A stretch of 32,000 nt of DNA. Origin: Cylindrospermopsis raciborskii Cr2010 (lineage in GTDB: Bacteria > Cyanobacteriota > Cyanobacteriia > Cyanobacteriales > Nostocaceae). Location of the stretch: assembly GCF_003367075.2 (NCBI RefSeq), contig NZ_CP065936.1, positions 240,001-272,000 on the forward strand. Reading direction: 5' to 3'. Shown here piece after piece: positions 1-9,420 of this stretch (within the stretch, counting starts at the first letter, position 1; each line of letters starts with the position of its first letter). A model generated the notes under the pieces. The model saw only the letters and a list, made by a program, of their open reading frames with translations. It did no database searches and had not been told where the DNA came from. The position numbers and the translations under genes are program-made.

Positions 1-268
1 AAATAATTGTATCCCCCATGGAATTTTGCACTCCTAAGTTTCGTGCTGCTGCTGGACCTGCATGATCCTGTTGAAAGCAGCGAACATGGGGAAATAGATC
101 TTGATGTTTTGCTAACCAGTCCAAAGTGCCATCGGTGGATCCATCATCCACCAAAACTACTTCGTAACCTGTGACTTGACTGGTGTAACTCTGGTTTTCT
201 AAAGCGGTAAGACACTTTTGTAAAATCGGTAGTCGGTTGTAAGTGGGAATAATAACACTAAAGAACAC
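1..268 (-). CDS. Family 2 glycosyltransferase, N-terminal part (rest of gene lies outside the window)
   Basis: Not in the ORF track. The reverse frame is open from the window edge. My translation is VFFSVIIPTYNRLPILQKCLTALENQ...GYEVVLVDDGSTDGTLDWLAKHQDLF...AAARNLGVQNS, which carries the GT-A signatures IIPTYN and DDGSTD. Start taken as GTG 268-266, shortly after an in-frame TAA; the start choice is uncertain. Confidence 0.65.
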   Translation of the reverse strand, partial: MFFSVIIPTYNRLPILQKCLTALENQSYTSQVTGYEVVLVDDGSTDGTLDWLAKHQDLFPHVRCFQQDHAGPAAARNLGVQNSMGDTII

Positions 269-412
269 TATTTCACCTAGAATGTGATTTTAATGGCAAC
301 CAAAGTCAGGGTTTGTTGATGGACAATAAACGCTCTAATTATAGTAAATTGTATACTAAAATAGCAATGTTTTAAGAATCATCAATCAATGTTGTTCTAA
401 CTGGAGAAATTA

Positions 413-1615
413 ATGGGTCGCGCCAAAAAGGTTGTTTTAGCATACTCCGGTGGGGTAGACACCTCCGTTTGTATCCCCTACCTGCAACACGAGTGGGGAG
501 TGGAAGAAGTTATTACCCTAGCAGCAGATTTAGGTCAGGGAGACGAATTAGAGCCAGTCAAAGAAAAGGCCTTAAAATCCGGTGCCAGTGAATCCTTGGT
601 AGCAGATGTTAAAGAAAGTTTTGTCCAAGACTACGCATTTCCCGCGATTCAAGCTAATGCTCTCTATGAAAATCGCTATCCTCTGGGAACAGCTCTCGCT
701 AGACCATTAATTGCTAAGGTACTAGTAGAAACTGCCCAAAACTATGGTGCAGATGCGATCGCTCATGGTTGTACTGGCAAAGGTAATGATCAAGTTCGCT
801 TTGATGTTTCCTGCACTGCACTGAACCCCAAGTTAAAGATTCTGGCACCTGCTAGAGAATGGGGAATGAGTAGGGAACAAACCATTGCCTACGGTGAAAA
901 ATTCGGTATTCCAGCACCTGTGAAAAAATCCTCCCCCTATAGTATTGACAAAAATCTACTGGGTCGGAGTATAGAAGCTGGTATATTAGAAGACCCGGCT
1001 AATGAACCGCCCGAGGAAATTTATGAAATGACTAAAGCCGTAGCTGATGCTCCCAATGAACCGGAATATCTGGAAATTGGCTTTGAAAAGGGCATTCCCG
1101 TTGCTATTAATGGAACTGTCAAAACACCAGTACAGCTAATTCAAGAAATCAACACCATAGTTGGCAATCATGGTATTGGACGTATTGATATGATTGAAAA
1201 TAGACTGGTGGGAATTAAATCGCGGGAAATTTATGAATCACCAGCTATGGTGGTATTAATCAATGCTCATCGAGATTTAGAAAGTCTGACTCTGACTGCT
1301 GATGTGACACAGTACAAGCGTGGTCTTGAAGAAACTTATACTAAGCTCGTATATAATGGACTTTGGTATAGTCCATTAAAAAATGCTATAGATGCTTTTA
1401 TACAGCAAACACAAATCCGAGTTTCTGGAGTAGTACGTCTAAAACTGTTTAAGGGCAATGCTACTATAGTGGGACGTTGGAGTGAAAATACTCTGTATAC
1501 ACCAGATTTAGCAACTTACGGCGCGGAGGATCAATTTGATCACAAAGCTGCGGAAGGATTCATTTATGTTTGGGGTTTACCAACCCGAATTTGGGCCCAA
1601 TACAATAGGGATTAG
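413..1615 (+). CDS. argG: Argininosuccinate synthase
   Basis: 400-aa ORF with the N-terminal [12 protein letters not shown]-pyrophosphatase motif and full-length resemblance to type-1 ArgG. GGAG lies 6 nt upstream of the ATG. Confidence 0.95.
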   Translation: MGRAKKVVLAYSGGVDTSVCIPYLQHEWGVEEVITLAADLGQGDELEPVKEKALKSGASESLVADVKESFVQDYAFPAIQANALYENRYPLGTALARPLIAKVLVETAQNYGADAIAHGCTGKGNDQVRFDVSCTALNPKLKILAPAREWGMSREQTIAYGEKFGIPAPVKKSSPYSIDKNLLGRSIEAGILEDPANEPPEEIYEMTKAVADAPNEPEYLEIGFEKGIPVAINGTVKTPVQLIQEINTIVGNHGIGRIDMIENRLVGIKSREIYESPAMVVLINAHRDLESLTLTADVTQYKRGLEETYTKLVYNGLWYSPLKNAIDAFIQQTQIRVSGVVRLKLFKGNATIVGRWSENTLYTPDLATYGAEDQFDHKAAEGFIYVWGLPTRIWAQYNRD

Positions 1616-1664
1616 TAAATAGGACAGCAGGTGATAGAGATATAATCTCCCATCACCTTGTTGC

Positions 1665-2291
1665 CTACTCGCCTAAATGTTTAACTTGACGTGACTCCCA
1701 CCAAATGGGGAGTACAATCACTAAAACCAGTATCAGTAAAGCCAATAGGGCAAACTGACTCACCCAAGCCACCAACTGTTCTAAAGAAACTATTTTCCCA
1801 GCAAAAAATGCTAGGGTGACCATTATACTGGCCCAAGCGGAAGCACCAGCTAAGTTATATACTAAAAATTTGCCAAATGGCATTTCCGCAATACCAGCTA
1901 AGGGGGAAGCGAAAATCCTCAATAAGGCAAAAAATCTACCAAAAAACACGGTTTTACCAGCATTTTCACTAAATTGATCTTTAATACTAACTAGTCGCTC
2001 TTCAGATATACGAAATATCTTTCCCGCTTTTACTAGTAATGACCAACCACCAAGCCTACCAATCCAATAACCACAGATACCGCCAATTACAGCACCTGTA
2101 ACAGCATCACCCAAAACTAGCCAGTAATTAAGCTCATCACTACCGGCTAAGAAACCTCCGACCAAGGTTAGGGTTTCACCAGGTAGAGGAATGCCCAAAT
2201 TTTCTAGCAAAATCCCCACGAAAACCGCCCAGTAACCGTAGGTTTGGGCAAATTCTTGGATTTTTTCCAGTGAAAATAATTCCAAAGACAT
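1665..2291 (-). CDS. DedA/SNARE-associated family membrane protein
   Basis: 208 aa with multiple TM segments and the DedA-type motif LGIPLPGETLTLVGGFLAG followed by FFGRF. Confidence 0.8.
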   Translation of the reverse strand: MSLELFSLEKIQEFAQTYGYWAVFVGILLENLGIPLPGETLTLVGGFLAGSDELNYWLVLGDAVTGAVIGGICGYWIGRLGGWSLLVKAGKIFRISEERLVSIKDQFSENAGKTVFFGRFFALLRIFASPLAGIAEMPFGKFLVYNLAGASAWASIMVTLAFFAGKIVSLEQLVAWVSQFALLALLILVLVIVLPIWWESRQVKHLGE

Positions 2292-2535
2292 TCAACACCA
2301 CCAACTTTATACAATTCCATATTTTAGAATACTTTTTAATTGATGTTCAAATTTTTGCACGGTCTGCCAATTTTATAATTGTTAAGTTTGCTACTGAAAT
2401 TTGGCAATTTTTATGCCTATACTATGAGAAATTAAGTTTGAAATCAAAATTTATACCTGATCGGATTCATTTTTGATTTGGATGTTATAACCCTTAGAAA
2501 ACAGTGTAAATACTGTTGATCAGGAGTTGTAATTG

Positions 2536-2946
2536 ATGTATAATAGAGTGTCTCTAGTGAACATTTCAACTCTCCCGTTCAATTATCCAGTTAAAATCAT
2601 GACTCTTACACAAGAACGCCAAGTGATTTTGTTCCAACCTCAAGGAAGCATTAACTTACAAGTTGGTACTGACCTAAGTGAAAAGATGGCTAAAATTACC
2701 CCCCAGCCAGATCAGCTATGGGTTATGGATTTAGCTAAGGTTGATTTTATGGATAGCTCGGGTTTAGTTCCCCTGGTTCAAGCACTGAAAACGGTGCGTG
2801 AAAGCGGTTGCCGTTTGGTGATTTGCAATGTACAAGCTCCCGTTAGGCTAGTATTAGAACTAACTCACCTAGATTCTGTGTTTGAGATAGTTAACAATTA
2901 CCATATACCCGATTCTACTCCTAGTTTAGTTTCTACTACATTCTAG
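2536..2946 (+). CDS. STAS-domain protein (anti-sigma-factor antagonist family)
   Basis: The C-terminal block DFMDSSGLVPLVQALKTVRESGCRLVICNVQAPVRLVLELTHLDSVFEI is typical of SpoIIAA-like STAS proteins. ATG 2536 sits 9 nt after AGGAG (2522-2526). An alternative start at ATG 2599 would give a more typical ~115-aa protein. Confidence 0.7.
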   Translation: MYNRVSLVNISTLPFNYPVKIMTLTQERQVILFQPQGSINLQVGTDLSEKMAKITPQPDQLWVMDLAKVDFMDSSGLVPLVQALKTVRESGCRLVICNVQAPVRLVLELTHLDSVFEIVNNYHIPDSTPSLVSTTF

Positions 2947-3013
2947 GATATATTATAATCATCCAAAGTTTAATTGAGCACAACCTATAGCTCTATCCAG
3001 TTACCACGGAGCT

Positions 3014-3051
3014 AGTCCATGACGCGTACTATACTGTAGGCGTTATGGACT
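3014..3051. terminator. Stem-loop between convergent genes (12-bp stem with one G.U on the + strand, 14-nt loop)
   Basis: AGTCCATGACGC (3014-3025) pairs with GCGTTATGGACT (3040-3051). It lies between the STAS stop (2946) and the coiled-coil gene stop (3095). There is no strong U-tract. Confidence 0.35.
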
Positions 3052-3094
3052 GTGTCTATGAAAATTTAAAAACAATTTAAGGTTTTGCACAACC

Positions 3095-3610
3095 CTAGGG
3101 GAAATTTGGTAAGTCTATGCCACTATGGGTTGAATTTCGGCTTTTTAGAGCAAGTCTGTAACTAACGCTTTGTAATTCTGCTTGGAGTTGTCCATTTTCC
3201 TTTTCCAGCATGGCTATTTTTTCCTGCAATGGGTTAATTCTTTCTTCAAATTTTTGACTATAAATTTGTGGTAGCTCCTGTACCACCTGCTCCAACATGC
3301 GACTACGATCAGTTAGTTCTTGCACTGACTGTCTTAGCTGGCGAATTTCGGTATCGCGGACAGAAATTTGTTCCTGATAAAATGTTACTTGCTCTTCCAT
3401 AGCTTGCAGTTGTTGCTGCAGTGCGGTTATTTGTCCCACATTACCCTTTAACTCTTTTTGCTCAGGGATAAAAGTATGATTACCTTTGACCAGTCGAAAT
3501 AGTTCTTGGGATAACTGCTGCACCAATTGATCTCTCAGTTGCAGGTCTTGACGCAACTGCAACACTTCCGTACCAAGCTCTTGGATGTTGGGATTCTCGG
3601 ATTCAGTCAC
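3095..3610 (-). CDS. Coiled-coil protein of unknown function
   Basis: 171 aa with a GTG start. The sequence is Q/L/E-rich with heptad-like periodicity over nearly the whole length (LQLRQDLQLRDQLVQQLSQEL..., LQQQLQAMEEQV..., IAMLEKENGQLQAELQS). No enzymatic motif is visible. Confidence 0.6.
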   Translation of the reverse strand: MTESENPNIQELGTEVLQLRQDLQLRDQLVQQLSQELFRLVKGNHTFIPEQKELKGNVGQITALQQQLQAMEEQVTFYQEQISVRDTEIRQLRQSVQELTDRSRMLEQVVQELPQIYSQKFEERINPLQEKIAMLEKENGQLQAELQSVSYRLALKSRNSTHSGIDLPNFP

Positions 3611-3677
3611 GGTGGGTTATGTCTCTATAAGTTGTTTAGGTTGTTAAAATATGTACTTATATTTCTCATTAGGTCAA

Positions 3678-3699
3678 GGTTGCTCAGGTGAGAGCAACC
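3678..3699 (-). terminator. Stem-loop downstream of rpsF (8-bp perfect stem, 6-nt loop)
   Basis: GGTTGCTC (3678-3685) pairs with GAGCAACC (3692-3699), 28 nt after the rpsF stop. The U-tract on the minus strand is weak. Confidence 0.35.
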
Positions 3700-3726
3700 G
3701 AGTTTTAGTACAAGTACTATTGGTGG

Positions 3727-4053
3727 TTAAGCTGGCACTGCTTCGCTATCGGGCGCTGTAGTTTTAACTTCCTGTTTAACAGTTAGGTAACGGATAACAT
3801 CTTCATTTAGACGCATACTACGCTCAAAAACAGCAATAGCACCTGTAGGAGCTGTATAGTTAAACTGGACATAGACACCATCACGATGGCGATTTATTTC
3901 GTAAGCAAGACGACGCTTGCCACGATTTTGAATCTCCAAATTCTCTGCGCCCTGTTCGTTCAACAGGTTTTGGTATTTAACTATGGCCTGGTCTACCTGG
4001 TCGTCTCCCAAATCAGGACGGAGAATGTAGGTTGTTTCGTAAACTGTAGTCAT
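3727..4053 (-). CDS. rpsF: 30S ribosomal protein S6
   Basis: 108 aa. The N-terminus [11 protein letters not shown] and the block GKRRLAYEI...GVYVQFNY are hallmark S6 sequences. Confidence 0.93.
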   Translation of the reverse strand: MTTVYETTYILRPDLGDDQVDQAIVKYQNLLNEQGAENLEIQNRGKRRLAYEINRHRDGVYVQFNYTAPTGAIAVFERSMRLNEDVIRYLTVKQEVKTTAPDSEAVPA

Positions 4054-4199
4054 GTATTGTTAGTTCCCTTATGGACAACAAAGGCTGCTGATGTAGGTAT
4101 GTGTGTAGAGTAACCTGATAGGTTACCAACCATTCCACATCCGAAGCAACAAGGAATTACAATTGTAGCAGTTTTCAGTTCCATTGTCTAACCCAAATT

Positions 4200-4991
4200 A
4201 TGGCAGAAATTATGGCACAACGGTACGTGCGAGTTAAAAGTCAGGAAGGAAGGATTTACTACGGGTCACTAGAAATATCCCTGAGTGTGATAGTTTTAGA
4301 TGGTCCCCCTTGGTTGGAGGGAGAACCGACGGGTTTGATTTTGGAACCGGGTAAATATCAATTACTGGCTCCCTGTTTGCCTTATAAGGTTGTTGCTGTG
4401 GGTAAGAATTATGTTGACCACGCAGCTGAAATGGGTGGATCTGTTCCCTGTGAACCCCTAATTTTTTTGAAACCACCCACCACTGTCATTGCTTCGGGGA
4501 TGGAAATTAAATATCCCCGTCAGTCACAACGGGTAGACTATGAGGGTGAGTTAGCACTGGTTATTGGCGATCGCACTTGTGATTGTTCGCCACAGGAGGC
4601 TCAAAGCAAGATTTGGGGTTATACCATTGCTAATGATGTTACTGCTCGCGACTTACAAGGTAAGGACTCTCAATGGACTAGAGCTAAGGGTTTTGACACC
4701 TTTTGCCCTCTAGGTCCTTGGATTGTCCGGGAATTAAATCCCGGTGCTAGATTACAAACCTTTCTGAATGACCAGTCTCACCCTGTTCAATCTGCTTCTA
4801 TTGATCAAATGGTCTTCCCTCCCGATATCTTAGTTTCTTATATTAGTCAAGTTATGACCCTCATACCGGGTGATGTAATCCTGACTGGAACTCCATCCGG
4901 TATAGGTCCGTTAAATTTGGGCGATCGCGTGTCCGTAGAAATTGAAGGAATTGGCAGATTAGAAAATATAGTTGTTGCCAGATATAGTTAA
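4200..4991 (+). CDS. Fumarylacetoacetate hydrolase (FAH) family protein
   Basis: 263 aa with the FAH-fold blocks VGKNYVDHAAE, DYEGELALVIG, ANDVTARDLQ and PGDVILTGTPSGIGPL. Confidence 0.85.
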   Translation: MAEIMAQRYVRVKSQEGRIYYGSLEISLSVIVLDGPPWLEGEPTGLILEPGKYQLLAPCLPYKVVAVGKNYVDHAAEMGGSVPCEPLIFLKPPTTVIASGMEIKYPRQSQRVDYEGELALVIGDRTCDCSPQEAQSKIWGYTIANDVTARDLQGKDSQWTRAKGFDTFCPLGPWIVRELNPGARLQTFLNDQSHPVQSASIDQMVFPPDILVSYISQVMTLIPGDVILTGTPSGIGPLNLGDRVSVEIEGIGRLENIVVARYS

Positions 4992-5001
4992 TAGCCCGGT
5001 A

Positions 5002-5478
5002 CTAACGAACTTGAATGTGAACTGCTTCTGAAATAGCTGGTATTTCTGGATAGCGACCATTTAAGGACTGAAATACGGAATAGACAACACAGGCGAATAT
5101 CCCTAAAAATATGGTATTTTCCAAGATCTGCACTGCAAAATCGCTGCTGGGAAGAGTCCCAAATACTCTTAGTAGTATGGAAGATAAAAATATGATAATG
5201 TCTAAGAGGATCGCCTGCATGGCATTAAAGCGAATAAAGTGGTTAATTTTTTCATTTCTGACTACAAAGAAGAACAGGGCAAAAAACACTAGGATTTGAC
5301 CATACCCGGATGCCTGATAAACCGTAGCAATTGGTAATATTGGTAACAAGACTATTCCCAGGATGGGAAACTGTTGCACTAAAAACCCGCTGAAAGCCAG
5401 ACTATCAACTAAGGGTAGTAAATAGGGTAAACAGGCAAAGATTCTGTCAGGAATAGTAGTGGATCCGCGCCAAGACAT
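5002..5478 (-). CDS. Tic20-like membrane protein
   Basis: 158 aa with 4 predicted TM segments. The N-terminus MSWRGSTTIPDRIFACLPYLLPL matches my memory of the cyanobacterial/chloroplast Tic20 family. Confidence 0.7.
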   Translation of the reverse strand: MSWRGSTTIPDRIFACLPYLLPLVDSLAFSGFLVQQFPILGIVLLPILPIATVYQASGYGQILVFFALFFFVVRNEKINHFIRFNAMQAILLDIIIFLSSILLRVFGTLPSSDFAVQILENTIFLGIFACVVYSVFQSLNGRYPEIPAISEAVHIQVR

Positions 5479-5636
5479 TGTGATTTCTCCCGTGCTGCAA
5501 TTTTGATAATTATGTTGACTTTGATAATCTTATGCCAACTTATGGTTGTGGCATAATTTCTTTTAGCAATCTTTTAAGATTGGGACATTGGGATATTAAG
5601 AATAACAATCCGTACCCCTCGATTGATAAAATCTTA

Positions 5637-5834
5637 TTAAGGAATATTAGCCAGTCTAAAGCCCATTACACATTCATACTGTTCCGATTGGTGTTCTGTA
5701 CACTTTTTTACAGCTTGACCACAACGTAACCTACCTTCGTGCCAACGGGGTTGACCGCTATTATCAGCAAGTAAGCAAGATTGACAAACTTGCTCCGGGG
5801 CAAAGATCTGATCGTCTGTTAAAATGACTAACAT
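5637..5834 (-). CDS. Small Cys-rich hypothetical protein (65 aa)
   Basis: ORF MLVILTDDQIFAPEQVCQSCLL...RLRCGQAVKKCTEHQSEQYECVMGFRLANIP contains 5 Cys, including a CxxC. The track starts it at GTG 5840; I prefer ATG 5834. It overlaps a + strand ORF (5532-5729) that looks like low-complexity shadow. No clear SD. Confidence 0.45.
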   Translation of the reverse strand: MLVILTDDQIFAPEQVCQSCLLADNSGQPRWHEGRLRCGQAVKKCTEHQSEQYECVMGFRLANIP

Positions 5835-5871
5835 TGCCACACGATAGTAAGATTAAAGAAAAGGAAATTTT

Positions 5872-5901
5872 TTCGCACCCGTTCCTATTGTATACTATAA
5901 T
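5872..5901 (+). promoter_or_regulatory. Candidate sigma70-type promoter for glyA
   Basis: TTCGCA (5872-5877), an 18-nt spacer, then a perfect TATAAT (5896-5901). This lies about 95 nt upstream of the glyA GTG. It is a sequence match only. Confidence 0.3.
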
Positions 5902-5996
5902 TGTAATGTATGAAAAAATCTCAGGGTTGTCGCACCCATCCATAGGTGGTGAGGTTTTGGTAGTACGATTAAGGGGTAATTATAAGGATAATTATT

Positions 5997-7280
5997 GTGA
6001 ATAAGACCAACTCAGAAATTCTCAAATCTGTTGACCCTACTATTAGTAATTTAATCAACCAAGAACTACAACGGCAAAGAGATCACTTAGAATTGATTGC
6101 TAGTGAAAATTTTACCTCCGCAGCTGTTTTGGCTGCGCAGGGTTCTGTACTAACTAACAAATACGCAGAAGGTTTACCTGGTAAAAGATATTATGGTGGT
6201 TGTGAATTTGTTGATGAAATTGAACAGGTAGCTATTGACAGAGCTAAAGAACTATTTGGTGCTGCCCATGCTAACGTGCAGCCTCACTCCGGTGCCCAAG
6301 CGAACTTTGCTGTATTCCTCACCTTGTTGCAACCGGGAGACACCATTATGGGCATGGATTTGTCCCATGGTGGACACCTAACCCACGGCTCACCAGTTAA
6401 TGTTTCTGGTAAATGGTTTAAAGTATGTCACTATGGGGTCAGTAAAGAAACAGAACAGTTAGATTATGACCAAATTCGTGACTTAGTAATTAAAGAACGT
6501 CCTAAACTGCTCATTTGTGGTTATTCCGCCTATCCTAGAATTATTGACTTTGAAAAATTCCGTAGCATAGCGGATGAGGTAGGAGCATACTTATTGGCAG
6601 ATATAGCCCACATAGCAGGTTTGGTTGCCACAGGTCATCATCCCAATCCCCTTCCTTACTGTGATGTAGTCACAACCACAACCCATAAAACTCTGCGGGG
6701 TCCCAGGGGAGGTTTGATTTTAACCCGGGATGGAGAACTAGGTAAAAAGCTGGATAAGTCGGTTTTCCCTGGCACTCAAGGTGGCCCTCTAGAACATGTG
6801 ATTGCTGGTAAGGCGGTGGCCTTTGGAGAAGCATTAAAATCCGAGTTCAAAACCTATTCCGGTCAGGTAATTGCTAATGCTCGTGCCCTGGCTAATCAAC
6901 TACAAAATAGGGGACTAAAATTGGTGTCTAACGGTACAGATAATCATCTTGTACTAGTAGATTTACGGTCTATTGGCATGACAGGTAAAAAGGCAGACCA
7001 GTTATTGAGTGGTGTTAATATCACAGCTAATAAAAATACAGTTCCCTTCGACTCAGAGTCACCATTTGTTACCAGTGGTTTGAGACTGGGTTCCCCAGCT
7101 ATGACCACGAGAGGTCTAAATGTAGTAGACTTTACTGAAATTGCAAACATAATTAGCGATCGCCTGCTTGATCCAGAGTCCCAGATAGTTGGCAGGGATT
7201 GTAAACAGCGGGTAGCCGCACTGTGCGATCGCTTTCCTTTATACCCACACTTAGAACTGCCCAGTGCCGCGTTAGTATAG
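5997..7280 (+). CDS. glyA: Serine hydroxymethyltransferase
   Basis: 427 aa with a GTG start 8 nt after AAGGA. Full-length SHMT blocks are present: [28 protein letters not shown] and the PLP site [14 protein letters not shown]. Confidence 0.95.
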   Translation: MNKTNSEILKSVDPTISNLINQELQRQRDHLELIASENFTSAAVLAAQGSVLTNKYAEGLPGKRYYGGCEFVDEIEQVAIDRAKELFGAAHANVQPHSGAQANFAVFLTLLQPGDTIMGMDLSHGGHLTHGSPVNVSGKWFKVCHYGVSKETEQLDYDQIRDLVIKERPKLLICGYSAYPRIIDFEKFRSIADEVGAYLLADIAHIAGLVATGHHPNPLPYCDVVTTTTHKTLRGPRGGLILTRDGELGKKLDKSVFPGTQGGPLEHVIAGKAVAFGEALKSEFKTYSGQVIANARALANQLQNRGLKLVSNGTDNHLVLVDLRSIGMTGKKADQLLSGVNITANKNTVPFDSESPFVTSGLRLGSPAMTTRGLNVVDFTEIANIISDRLLDPESQIVGRDCKQRVAALCDRFPLYPHLELPSAALV

Positions 7281-7322
7281 TGATATTAAAGTATCGACAA
7301 TATTTGGACTAGTTCTAATGAA

Positions 7323-7345
7323 TCCCCGTCTCTTTAGAGCGGGGA
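7323..7345 (+). terminator. Stem-loop downstream of glyA (9 bp with a 1-nt bulge, 4-nt loop)
   Basis: TCCCCG-t-CTC / TTTA / GAG-CGGGGA, starting 43 nt after the glyA stop. The T-run is delayed (caatttt). Confidence 0.4.
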
Positions 7346-7411
7346 GAAGTCAATTTTCTAAGACCTGTGTAAACGGTCAATTAATATCCTTATATTCCCA
7401 TATTCCCAAAC

Positions 7412-8662
7412 ATGAGCGCGGAAATTATTTGTGTTGGTACAGAATTACTGTTAGGAGATATCCTCAACAGTAATGCCCAATTTATTGCCCAGCAACTGGC
7501 ACAGCTAGGTGTTCCCCACTACTATCAAACAGTAGTGGGAGATAACCCAGAAAGACTTAAAACAGTAATTGAAATTGCTGCTTCCAGGGTAGAAATTCTA
7601 ATTTTTACTGGTGGACTAGGTCCCACACCAGATGATTTAACCTGTGAGACCATAGCTGATTACTTTGGCGTTCCCCTGATTGAAGACCCAGAAATAATTG
7701 AGGATATTAGGGAGAAATTCAGCCAAAGAGGAAGAGTAATGTCTCCCAGTAACCGTAAACAGGCCTTAATTCCGCAAGGGGCCCAAGTTTTACCCAATCT
7801 CACGGGAACTGCACCGGGTATAATTTGGCAACCTAGACCAAACCTGACGATTTTAACCTTTCCAGGTGTTCCCAGCGAAATGCACCAAATGTGGCAAGAT
7901 ACAGCAGTACCTTTCCTCAAAAGTCAAGGTTGGGGAAAGGAAATTATCTACAGTCGCAGTTTAAAATTCTGGGGTGTGGGTGAATCAGTCCTTGCGGAAA
8001 AGGTTTCTGATTACCTGAGTTTATCTAACCCCACGGTTGCTCCCTATGCGGGTAAAGGAGAAGTAAGACTGAGAATTTGTGCCAAAGCACCGGATACTGT
8101 GGCCGCAGAAGAGATAATTGCCCCCGTAGAAAAGAAACTTAAAGAAATTGGTGGACTGGACTATTATGGGGTTGATGGGGAAACATTAGCATCTGTTGTT
8201 GGTAAATTGCTGCGTCTTTCGGGAACAAGTTTGTCAGTAGCTGAGTCTTGCACTGGTGGAGGAGTGGGACAAATGCTGACGGAAATTCCCGGTAGTTCAG
8301 ATTACTTTTGGGGGGGAGTGATTGCTTATGATAATTCGGTAAAAGTGAGATTATTAGGAGTTGATCCTGGGGATTTAGACCAATTTGGTGCTGTGAGTCC
8401 TGTGGTTGCCCAAAAAATGGCTATTGGTGTGAAAAATAGTTTAGGAACTACCTGGGGGTTAAGTATTACAGGTATTGCTGGACCAACTGGGGGTAGTGAG
8501 ACCAAACCCATAGGTTTGGTGTACATTGGCATTTCAGGTCCTAATCATCAGGTACATAGCTACGAATGTAGATTCGGAACCATGAGGTCTCGTACTCTAG
8601 TCCGTTACCTAGCTGCTGCTAATGCTTTAGACCATCTCCGTCGTCTGCTCTTGACTGTGTAA
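7412..8662 (+). CDS. cinA: CinA-family competence/damage-inducible protein (MoCF-like domain fused to a PncC-type NMN amidohydrolase domain)
   Basis: 416 aa. The N-terminus is AEIICVGTELLLGDILNSNAQ...FTGGLGPTPDD. The C-terminal domain carries SLSVAESCTGGGVGQMLT and GPTGGSETKPIGLVYIG. Confidence 0.88.
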   Translation: MSAEIICVGTELLLGDILNSNAQFIAQQLAQLGVPHYYQTVVGDNPERLKTVIEIAASRVEILIFTGGLGPTPDDLTCETIADYFGVPLIEDPEIIEDIREKFSQRGRVMSPSNRKQALIPQGAQVLPNLTGTAPGIIWQPRPNLTILTFPGVPSEMHQMWQDTAVPFLKSQGWGKEIIYSRSLKFWGVGESVLAEKVSDYLSLSNPTVAPYAGKGEVRLRICAKAPDTVAAEEIIAPVEKKLKEIGGLDYYGVDGETLASVVGKLLRLSGTSLSVAESCTGGGVGQMLTEIPGSSDYFWGGVIAYDNSVKVRLLGVDPGDLDQFGAVSPVVAQKMAIGVKNSLGTTWGLSITGIAGPTGGSETKPIGLVYIGISGPNHQVHSYECRFGTMRSRTLVRYLAAANALDHLRRLLLTV

Positions 8663-8712
8663 ACTTTTACTTACTCGATTGGTCTTGTTCCTCGCCATGC
8701 CACAATCAACTC

Positions 8713-8741
8713 ATTAAGTTTTGTTAAGACTTAATTTTTTT
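8713..8741 (+). terminator. AT-rich stem-loop plus T7 run downstream of cinA
   Basis: ATTAAGT (8713-8719) pairs with ACTTAAT (8729-8735) and is followed directly by a T-run to 8741. It begins 51 nt after the cinA stop. The stem is weak because it is AT-rich. Confidence 0.4.
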
Positions 8742-8967
8742 AAGGTGAAAATGTTGCATCATTCGTGTTACTCTCAAACAGTTCTTATTACATACCTAAT
8801 TAAAATTATGAAGTTGATTGCTATAGAAAATGTCGAAAGTTTTGATATCACTGGTGGTTTCCCCTAATGATTCTATAAACACCCATGGTTGGTAAACAGG
8901 AAAACCTGGTAATTATATAACAACAACTACCAAATTTATCTGCTTGTGACTTTTTGTATCAAATTAA

Positions 8968-9408
8968 TTGAGCGAGGACCAAGTGCAAAGAAGGTGTGAT
9001 AAGAATCGGAACCGTTCCAGAAGAAGGGCTATATACTGTCCCATTCATGATTGTTACCTTGACAGCGTCAGTCAAAAATATAGACTTTTTGCGGATAAAC
9101 CAGGTCAGTTACAAAAAAGAGGTTTTGGTCGTCGTACTGCTTCTTTAGTAATATCTCAATACACAGCTGTGACTATTCAAGGAGAGTGGTTGGAGGCATT
9201 TTGGTGTCCAGAGTGTCAAGAAAAAAAATGGTATTACGTGCGTCAGTCTAATAATGGTATATATGAAATTTCTCCAGCTCCTATGGATCTGTGGAAGCAA
9301 GTATCGGGTGTAATCGATCCCTACGGCAATCCGTCTGTTAGTGAATTCACTCGATTAAGTGCTAAACAGATAACCTATAGGGGTCTTAGTGCTTTCTATT
9401 CTCTCTAA
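8968..9408 (+). CDS. Hypothetical protein with an Arg-rich N-terminus and a split Cys/His zinc-ribbon-like motif
   Basis: 146-aa ORF with no ATG before codon 106, so the start must be TTG 8968 or GTG 8983. It has the basic tract RRCDKNRNRSRRR, then C24-P-I-H-D-C29 and C80-P-E-C83. Function unknown. Confidence 0.55.
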   Translation: MSEDQVQRRCDKNRNRSRRRAIYCPIHDCYLDSVSQKYRLFADKPGQLQKRGFGRRTASLVISQYTAVTIQGEWLEAFWCPECQEKKWYYVRQSNNGIYEISPAPMDLWKQVSGVIDPYGNPSVSEFTRLSAKQITYRGLSAFYSL

Positions 9409-9420
9409 AACTCACAGATT

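Noticed and set aside
2270-2476. 68-aa + strand ORF in the DedA/STAS divergent spacer
   Set aside because: It starts inside the DedA gene on the opposite strand. The AT-rich, Ile/Phe/Lys-biased translation is what AT-rich promoter DNA gives by chance.
4110-4126. Perfect palindrome GTAACCT-gat-AGGTTAC about 57 nt upstream of the rpsF start (possible S6 leader or operator)
   Set aside because: By my rough estimate, 7-bp inverted repeats with short loops are expected tens of times per 32 kb. I cannot match it to the known S6:S18-binding leader from memory. The position is suggestive, but the claim is unsupported.
5532-5729. 65-aa + strand ORF overlapping the small Cys-rich gene
   Set aside because: It overlaps the minus-strand ORF, which has a more protein-like Cys pattern. 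Its own sequence is low-complexity with no SD. Only one of the two is likely real, and I cannot prove which.
5873-5937. Octamer TCGCACCC repeated 57 bp apart upstream of glyA
   Set aside because: Identical 8-mers within 100 bp are expected dozens of times per 32 kb by chance. The extended similarity needs a gap. I found no riboswitch-like (ZTP, THF or glycine) consensus in the leader.
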